Of a DNA stretch of 64,000 nucleotides, positions 57,533-64,000 are shown piece by piece (position 1 is the stretch's first letter; every line of letters begins with the position of its first letter). The stretch covers positions 1,985 through 65,984 of the forward strand of contig OMJM01000071.1 of assembly GCA_900299345.1 (NCBI GenBank), in the 5' to 3' direction. A program made the position numbers and the translations under genes. This DNA is from a bacterium. Its GTDB lineage: Bacteria > Fibrobacterota > Fibrobacteria > UBA11236. Below the pieces are notes generated by a model. The model made no database searches. It was not told the origin of the DNA and saw only the letters and a program-made list of their open reading frames with translations.

Positions 57533-59134
57533 ATGCGTCTTCCCCTTCTTCTCTTTCTCTGCGCCGCCGCGCCGGTTCCCGCCATTCTGCTGGAGGGATT
57601 GCCCGGGGAGGAGATCACCACTTCGCCTCAAGTCCTGCACACAGCCGCACGTGCAGCACCGGATTCCGGACACGGAGCCAACTGGCTTGCACCCGGCGTT
57701 GAAGATCAACTTTCCCGCGACCGCACCTTGATCACCTTGGGCAAAGGCGCGCTATTCGTACCAGCCTTCAGCGAACCGCGTCGCGAACCGGAGATCGCGG
57801 TGTATCACAAGGATTCTCTCGTGACCACAGGGCAGACCGGGCAACGCATCCTGCTGGACTCCGGGTTATACGAAGTGCGGTTGGGTTCGGGAATTTCGGG
57901 GCGCCGCATCCGGATTCCAGCGCACATCGAAGAGGGGCACACATTCGTGCTGCCACCTTCATGGGGTGGATTGCTAGTGGAGACATTGACGGATTCCGGC
58001 GAATACTTCGATGGGCAATACGATTTGATCCGCATGGAGAATTGGACCAGCTATGGCCGCGGGAACGGGTTCAAGGAAGAACGATTGCAGGATATCAAGA
58101 CGTGGATTCTGCCTCCGGGTCTTTATCGAATTTCCAAAACCGGCGAAGGGTACAACTCGCTGAGGAACTACATCACGCTACAGATCAATCCCGGTGAATT
58201 GCATTCTGTAGAGCTGATCTTCGACAAAACCTCGGGAGGGAACCTCATCGCAGGCGGCATCAAGTCACTGACCACCCACACACGCGCAGGCCGTCACTGG
58301 ACCTACGGGTTGCGGGCCGGCGGCAACGTGGATCTCACGCGTAACGTGGATGAGACCGACGTGCGCAAGCAAAGCGCCTTGTTTTCAACGGACCTGCGGA
58401 CACGGTTGCGCTACGATCATCCGCTCTATTTCGGAGTCAACGAGTTGTTCCTGCAGAACAGTTTTCTCAAAGAGGAGAGCAAACCGCTCAGCATTTCCTC
58501 CGATTATCTCCAGCTGCGCTCCACTTGGGTGCGCAGACTCAACGCGTGGCTGGGGCCTTATGTACGGGGACAGGTTTCAACACACGTGTTTCCCAGTGAA
58601 GTGAACGTTGACACTGCCTTTCGCATCCGTTCCTACGATTCTTCCGGCATTGCGAAACGGGACACTTTGGATACCTTGCTGGGTTCCTTCCGTACCCAGC
58701 CTTCCGGTTTCCCTCTCTTTCTTGCCGAAGGTGTGGGCGTGAACCTCGAATGGTTCTCGCGATACGAACTGACACTTTCCACACAGGTAGGCCTTGCGGC
58801 ACGACAGCAAATCTCTTCCGGGGATTATCTGGCGCGCACCTCCAATTCCTTCGAACGTGCCACCTCGAGTTCCACGTTGGGGGCGGAAGGCATCCTGATC
58901 GGCACCTTGCGACTCTCGACCCAGTTTACTTTGGATCTGCGGGCCGAAATCTTCGCCGAAAACGGTCGCCCCCGTGACCTATTGTTGGAAAATCTGGAGG
59001 CGGATTTCCGGTTTTTCCTCACCAGAAACGTGGAACTGGGTTATCTCTTTCAAATGCGCGAAAGCCAGGATCAGGTGGCGAACCGTTTTCCGCGACAGCA
59101 CAATATTTCCCTGCGTTTGAGCTTCAATTACTGA
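57533..59134 (+). CDS. Hypothetical outer-membrane beta-barrel with N-terminal beta-sandwich (PEGA-like) domains
   Basis: Signal peptide; C-terminal half has amphipathic strands ending SLRLSFNY; 3 nt after the PqiC-like stop. Confidence 0.6.
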   Translation: MRLPLLLFLCAAAPVPAILLEGLPGEEITTSPQVLHTAARAAPDSGHGANWLAPGVEDQLSRDRTLITLGKGALFVPAFSEPRREPEIAVYHKDSLVTTGQTGQRILLDSGLYEVRLGSGISGRRIRIPAHIEEGHTFVLPPSWGGLLVETLTDSGEYFDGQYDLIRMENWTSYGRGNGFKEERLQDIKTWILPPGLYRISKTGEGYNSLRNYITLQINPGELHSVELIFDKTSGGNLIAGGIKSLTTHTRAGRHWTYGLRAGGNVDLTRNVDETDVRKQSALFSTDLRTRLRYDHPLYFGVNELFLQNSFLKEESKPLSISSDYLQLRSTWVRRLNAWLGPYVRGQVSTHVFPSEVNVDTAFRIRSYDSSGIAKRDTLDTLLGSFRTQPSGFPLFLAEGVGVNLEWFSRYELTLSTQVGLAARQQISSGDYLARTSNSFERATSSSTLGAEGILIGTLRLSTQFTLDLRAEIFAENGRPRDLLLENLEADFRFFLTRNVELGYLFQMRESQDQVANRFPRQHNISLRLSFNY

Positions 59135-59235
59135 CCCGGATTTTGGGCCGTTTGCACAAGGCGCCCCTGTCAAATCGGGGGTATATTTTAGTGCCGGGTC
59201 ATTTAGGAATTGTCTTCTGCGAAAGGTTTGTTTTC

Positions 59236-61128
59236 ATGTCCATGCGTTCCTTTTTTTCGAAAATATCCGCGGGTCTTGCGCTCTGCGCTCCACTGCTCCT
59301 TCAAGCCGCCACCCCGCTAACGACTGTTCATCCCAGCTGGACGCTTTATAACCTTCGCCCCTCCCAGACTTCGAGCTTCCGTCCAATGGTCGGTGGCATG
59401 GATTTTCTTTCAGATGGCCGTCTGGTCATCGGTCATTGGGGGGGGACGCGTACGGCATGCTGCCCTTCCAACACCAACTTCGGCGGACGGCAGTACACCG
59501 GCAAGATTTACATCCTGAGCGGAGTCACTGGCACCACACCCAGTGTGGTGATCGACAGTTCCTTCGCCACCGGACTCGAAGACGTCATGGGCCTCACGGT
59601 GATACGGGATACGATTTACGTCTCGGGCGGCAACAACATCATCCGCCTGATCGACTCCGACCACAATGGCGTCGCCGATCGCAAGGACACTTTGTTCGAA
59701 CTCCCTGGAACCCCGCAGATTAGTTCCACCAGCACCACCGCGCCAGGCCCCGGCCCTTACAACGACTCCCTGCATCCGACCAAGGGACGCAGCGAATGGC
59801 TGTACGGATTACTCGCGCGCAATGACACTTTCTTCGTCAATCCATCTTCGATGTACAACGCCAACAACATCCAGCAGGTGAACCCCTATCGGGGAACCTT
59901 TCTCGCCGTCACGCGCGGGAATGGAGTGCGGGGGAATTATCAAATTCGTTCCATGGGATTGCGCCACCCCACAGGTCTGACCTTCGGACCCGAAGGCACG
60001 ATCTGGACCTGCGAGACACAAGGCCATTGGGTCCCGACCGACAAATTGATCCAGTTGAAGACCGGTGCGTTCTATGGCTTCCATCACACCCCCGCAGAAT
60101 CGTGGGACAACATGACAGAAACACCTGCCGCGGTATTTTTGCCGCAGGAAGGTAGTGGTGGCAGCGGTGCCAAGGACGCCACCGGCATTTTCGCCGATTC
60201 TCCGGGCCAGCCGTTCTATCTCACCGATGGGCCTTATGCCGGCCAATTCCTGATGGGCGACGTAAGCTGGGGTGGCATACAACGCTTCTTCGTGGAAAAA
60301 GTCGGCAATGATTATCAAGGCGCAGGTTTTGTATTCACCGGTGGACTGGAATCCGGCGTATATCGCATGGCGCAAGGCCCTGATGGCATGCTGTATCTGG
60401 GCATGATCGGCACGTCCAATGACTGGAGCTGGAACGGTCAGTACTACGGATTGCAAAAGATCAAGTACAATGGCACACCCACCTTTGAAATGCTGGCGGT
60501 GCGATCACGCGCTGCGGGCATGGAAATCGAATTCACAAAACCCGTGGACACGCTTACCGCCAGGATCGCCAGCAATTACACCGTGCAGACCTACTACTAC
60601 ACACCGACATCGTCATATGGCGGCACCAAGGCGGGCACCACTCCGCTCACAGTCACCCAGGGTACGATTCAATTTTCTCCCGATCTCAAGAGCGTGTATC
60701 TCCCACTTTCCGGTCTGGTGGCGCGCACCGGCATTCTGCATCGCATCGTGGAGATTACTCTCGCCAATGGGTTGAAATCCTCCACGGGGGATACTTCGTG
60801 GACCAAAAAAGCCTACTACTCCCTGAACGCCATCTCCCCTAGTGCGCCGTTCTCCACAACCACGGCCATCGATCCGAAGATCGTGCGGGCGGACATGCTG
60901 AAACAATTGCGCTGCAAATTGGCGTCGGACAACCTCGTAGTGAAGCTTCCGTTCGCGGGCGCCTACGATCTCCGCCTGCTCGACGCGCGTGGCGCAGTTC
61001 TCACATCCACTCAGGGCCGCGGCGCCGAAGAAAAAAGCCTGCCCCTGCGCAACGCGCACGGAAAATTCGTTGTGGTTGAAGCTTATGGAGATGGCATGAA
61101 TCTGCGCCGTACGGTGGCACTGCCTTAG
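59236..61128 (+). CDS. Secreted beta-propeller protein (glucose/sorbosone-dehydrogenase-like) with an Ig-like domain and a T9SS-like CTD
   Basis: Signal peptide; 'GLRHPTGL', 'TQGHW', 'GPDGMLY' blade motifs; C-terminal 'LLDARG'. Confidence 0.6.
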   Translation: MSMRSFFSKISAGLALCAPLLLQAATPLTTVHPSWTLYNLRPSQTSSFRPMVGGMDFLSDGRLVIGHWGGTRTACCPSNTNFGGRQYTGKIYILSGVTGTTPSVVIDSSFATGLEDVMGLTVIRDTIYVSGGNNIIRLIDSDHNGVADRKDTLFELPGTPQISSTSTTAPGPGPYNDSLHPTKGRSEWLYGLLARNDTFFVNPSSMYNANNIQQVNPYRGTFLAVTRGNGVRGNYQIRSMGLRHPTGLTFGPEGTIWTCETQGHWVPTDKLIQLKTGAFYGFHHTPAESWDNMTETPAAVFLPQEGSGGSGAKDATGIFADSPGQPFYLTDGPYAGQFLMGDVSWGGIQRFFVEKVGNDYQGAGFVFTGGLESGVYRMAQGPDGMLYLGMIGTSNDWSWNGQYYGLQKIKYNGTPTFEMLAVRSRAAGMEIEFTKPVDTLTARIASNYTVQTYYYTPTSSYGGTKAGTTPLTVTQGTIQFSPDLKSVYLPLSGLVARTGILHRIVEITLANGLKSSTGDTSWTKKAYYSLNAISPSAPFSTTTAIDPKIVRADMLKQLRCKLASDNLVVKLPFAGAYDLRLLDARGAVLTSTQGRGAEEKSLPLRNAHGKFVVVEAYGDGMNLRRTVALP

Positions 61129-61176
61129 AACGCTGAAATCGTCAACGCAGCTTGTGGAAATACGGAGACAACTGAC

Positions 61177-62982
61177 ATGAAACTTTCTTCACGAATCCTG
61201 CTTCTGATTCCTTGTCTGGCAGTGTCGTCTTTCGCGGACTTCACCTATCCCGGCTGTTCCGACATGACGGGCAACGATTTCACCATCTCCACCCTTGTCA
61301 GTAATTCCACCGACACCACGATCAAGGAGCCATCCAAGATGGCTTTGTTCACCAACGCGCAGGGAAACGTGGATGTTTATTTCGTGCAACGCTATGGCAA
61401 GGTGCGCAAGTACGATGGCACGGCCAAAACCCTCTCCCTGGTTGGGAATTTCAACTTCGGCAGTGGCAGCAGCATGACCGACACAACGCAGATCTACAAC
61501 GGGTCCGCCAGCTCCAGCGAAGGGCTGCAGGGTATCGCGCTGGACCCTAACTTCAACACCAACCATTGGATGTACCTGTACTTCGTGATGAAAAGTGTCT
61601 GGCGCATCACCCGCTACACGGTGAACAACAATACGCTCGACATGAACAGTGGAAAAACAATCCTCCGTTTCACGCACACCTCCTTCGGACAACACGCCGG
61701 CTCCGCACTGCGCTTCGATCCGGACGGCAATCTGTGGATCACGGTGGCAGACGACGGTGGCACGAACTGGCCTGCCGATCAAACCGTCCCCTATCAGGCT
61801 GCAAACAGCAACAAGTATTTCGGAAAGATCCTCCGTATCAAACCGCGGCCCATTGCGGATGCAACTCCCGCCCCGGCCCCGGGATTGGGTTCCACCTATG
61901 ATGTTCCCGCCGGAAATCTACGCCAGAGTTTTTTCAGCATTGGCGGGCCCGCAGGTCAGGATACCAACAAAATCCTTCCCGAAATCTATGTGATGGGAAA
62001 CCGCAATCCCTATTCCATCGCCCTCGACACGGTGCGCAAAGGCATGGCATGGGGCGACGTGGGCCCGGACAGTTACGGCGGAACGCAACCCGATTCCCTG
62101 TGGACCGAGGAACTTAACTTCACCACCCAGCCCGGGTTCTTCGGCTGGCCGCTCTGGGCCGGCAAAAAAACACCTATGCCCACCGCCGGCTGGTCGGGCT
62201 ATACGGCACAACCGCCGTCTTCCAACGGTGGCGTCGGCGGCACCATATCCGCGCCAGTGAATAACCGTACCGACAACACAGGTATCACCAATCTTCCACC
62301 CGCGCAACCCGCCATCATCAACTATGTGAAGAACTGCGCCATCACTGGGCCGATCTACTACTACAACGCCGCCAGCACCTCCACGGTCAAATTCCCCCCG
62401 CACTTGAGCGGCAAGTGGTTCGTGGGCGATTTCAACGCCTCGTGGATCAACGCGGTGGAACTCAACCCGGCGGGCACGGCGGTCTTGAGCATCAAGAAGA
62501 TGTTTTCGGTCTCCGCCGGTGGAAGCCCCACTTTGCTGCCGCCCGCCACTGCCGGAAATTCGTTGAAGCAAATCGCCACCACGGCGATGAACTCGTCGAA
62601 CTCCCTGCTCGACATGCAGATGGGGTCCGACGGTTCGTTGTACATCATGAACTATTCGGGATACCGGACCTTCGACACGAAGTCAGGGCTGATGCGGATC
62701 ACCTACAACGGGTCCTGCCTCCCGGCGACGCCGATCCTGCCGCAGGAGCAGGCGATTCGCGATGCACGGAAGTTGCTGGAAGTAAAAGGTCTGGATGTTT
62801 CCATCCTGACTTCGGGGAATCACACTTTGGAAGTCCGGGACATCACCGGTAAACAACTGGCATCCCGCAAAGGCCAGGGTTTCACGCACTATACGTTCAA
62901 CGAACTGCGCAACCCCGGTGTGTATCTGCTGTACTTCTCGTCGCCTGAAGGACGGCGGGTGCAGAAGATTATGCGGCAGTAG
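61177..62982 (+). CDS. Secreted PQQ-dependent sugar dehydrogenase-like (GSDH) protein with a T9SS-like CTD
   Basis: 'EGLQGIALDPNF', 'H.GSALRFDPDGNLWITVAD', 'GKILRI', 'GNRNPY', 'WGDVGPD', 'EELN'; CTD 'RDITGK...PGVY...QKI'. Confidence 0.75.
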   Translation: MKLSSRILLLIPCLAVSSFADFTYPGCSDMTGNDFTISTLVSNSTDTTIKEPSKMALFTNAQGNVDVYFVQRYGKVRKYDGTAKTLSLVGNFNFGSGSSMTDTTQIYNGSASSSEGLQGIALDPNFNTNHWMYLYFVMKSVWRITRYTVNNNTLDMNSGKTILRFTHTSFGQHAGSALRFDPDGNLWITVADDGGTNWPADQTVPYQAANSNKYFGKILRIKPRPIADATPAPAPGLGSTYDVPAGNLRQSFFSIGGPAGQDTNKILPEIYVMGNRNPYSIALDTVRKGMAWGDVGPDSYGGTQPDSLWTEELNFTTQPGFFGWPLWAGKKTPMPTAGWSGYTAQPPSSNGGVGGTISAPVNNRTDNTGITNLPPAQPAIINYVKNCAITGPIYYYNAASTSTVKFPPHLSGKWFVGDFNASWINAVELNPAGTAVLSIKKMFSVSAGGSPTLLPPATAGNSLKQIATTAMNSSNSLLDMQMGSDGSLYIMNYSGYRTFDTKSGLMRITYNGSCLPATPILPQEQAIRDARKLLEVKGLDVSILTSGNHTLEVRDITGKQLASRKGQGFTHYTFNELRNPGVYLLYFSSPEGRRVQKIMRQ

Positions 62983-63000
62983 ATACTCTGAAAGGGAACC

Positions 63001-63645
63001 ATGAGAACCATTTTGTGTGTTCTCGTTTTAGTAACAACGACGCTTTGCGCAGATGAGAACACAGCGGTTTCTCAATTTTTGCTTTCGTTCATCAAATACA
63101 CAAACGCACTAAGCGACTATCCAATAGGAAAACAAAGGAACAATACGGCACTCGATGCATTTTCAATTATGTACGCAAGAAAAACTTGTTGGCAAAACGC
63201 CGCTCTTGCGATCGACGAACATTTGGAAACTTTTAGTCAATCGTCTAAAGAAATACTTGATGACGCACAGGTAATTGCTTTAAGTATGGTCTCGGTACTG
63301 GATTCTGAAATCGTTGGCATCAAAGAAATTGTGGACAAACCTGAAGGGTGGACCGAAGGCGAAGCAGCAAGAAAAAGCGCTGAGCTTAAAGAAAAAGAAA
63401 GCCAGCTACAATCTGCTTACAACAAGCTGGGGCTTCGAGTATACGGAGAGATACTTGAAGCCACGACAGACAAACAAGGCGTTCGACATTTGCGTATTAG
63501 TTTGAACGAAAAACAAATTGCTTTTGCCGCACTTCTGTCAGGTTATGGCGACAGGCTTAAAACTGCAACTGAGAGTTCAATCATGGCATGGGATGCCAAA
63601 CTTTTCTGTAAGGCGTTGTTAACAACAAAAGCAAGCGACGAATGA
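63001..63645 (+). CDS. Hypothetical secreted protein, low GC
   Basis: 214-aa ORF, GGGA RBS, signal-like N-terminus, about 40% GC. Confidence 0.6.
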   Translation: MRTILCVLVLVTTTLCADENTAVSQFLLSFIKYTNALSDYPIGKQRNNTALDAFSIMYARKTCWQNAALAIDEHLETFSQSSKEILDDAQVIALSMVSVLDSEIVGIKEIVDKPEGWTEGEAARKSAELKEKESQLQSAYNKLGLRVYGEILEATTDKQGVRHLRISLNEKQIAFAALLSGYGDRLKTATESSIMAWDAKLFCKALLTTKASDE

Positions 63646-63673
63646 CTTAACGACTGGCGTCGCATCAAAATAT

Positions 63674-64000
63674 TCACATCCCCGCTTTTGCCTTCTCCCG
63701 CTCCGCCTGTTTGATTTCTTTCAACTGTGTAAACTCCGGCGTGGCCTTGTAGTGCTCGTCCAGCGGATAGCAGCCGGACTTCAGGCCGTTGCGCGGCGCG
63801 GTGGTGCAATCGGAGAACGTCCTGCAGATTTTTTTGGTTTCGATCGCGCCGTTCTCCAATGAATCCGAAACGATGCCGGGATAGGACAGCATCATGCGGC
63901 CCACGCCGGCGATGTCGGTATATCCCTTGCGCACCAACGCCTGCGCCACCTGCGGCAAAAATTCCTGCAAGTATGTGAGACCGGAGCTGACCAGCGGCAG
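63674..64000 (-). CDS. NADH:flavin oxidoreductase family protein, C-terminal part (continues past the window)
   Basis: Frame is open to base 64000 ([13 protein letters not shown]...); '[10 protein letters not shown]', '[23 protein letters not shown]'. Confidence 0.75.
   Translation of the reverse strand: MPLVSSGLTYLQEFLPQVAQALVRKGYTDIAGVGRMMLSYPGIVSDSLENGAIETKKICRTFSDCTTAPRNGLKSGCYPLDEHYKATPEFTQLKEIKQAEREKAKAGM

Noticed and set aside
63645-63780. ACTTAAC at the ORFan stop as an integron attC inverse core
   Set aside because: No matching GTTRRRY core downstream, no attC-like palindrome, and no integrase

Overview
A gene-dense, GC-rich (roughly 55-60%) bacterial chromosomal segment. It is probably from an FCB-group organism such as Fibrobacterota; this is inferred from the T9SS-like C-terminal domains and the TBDR/DUF4249-type pair, not from a database search. 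I saw no rRNA, tRNA, CRISPR array, transposase or integrase. Contents in order: the end of a sugar ABC operon; a tandem array of four paralogous secreted Thr/Ser-rich beta-sandwich repeat proteins with a shared, unusually short C-terminal sorting-like domain; a glutamine amidotransferase; an eight-gene TonB-receptor/lipoprotein/TtpBC-ExbBD-TonB-TPR operon; a small OM barrel; a CDF transporter and a flippase-like gene; a coupled IMPase-kinase-aminotransferase-MFS-CDP-alcohol transferase run ending in purB; orphan oppD/oppF; purU; an M32 carboxypeptidase interrupted by one in-frame TGA; adk and rfbA; a nitrite/sulfite reductase operon; nadE; a thioesterase; dacB; a porin plus cytochrome c pair under a Fur-like box; DUF349-polA-coaE; a divergent TolC-MlaC / MlaEFD-PqiC-OM barrel locus; two secreted beta-propeller dehydrogenase-like proteins; a low-GC ORFan; and the 3' end of a flavin oxidoreductase. 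All product calls come from motif recognition by eye. Several start codons were moved from the ORF track using RBS and overlap evidence.
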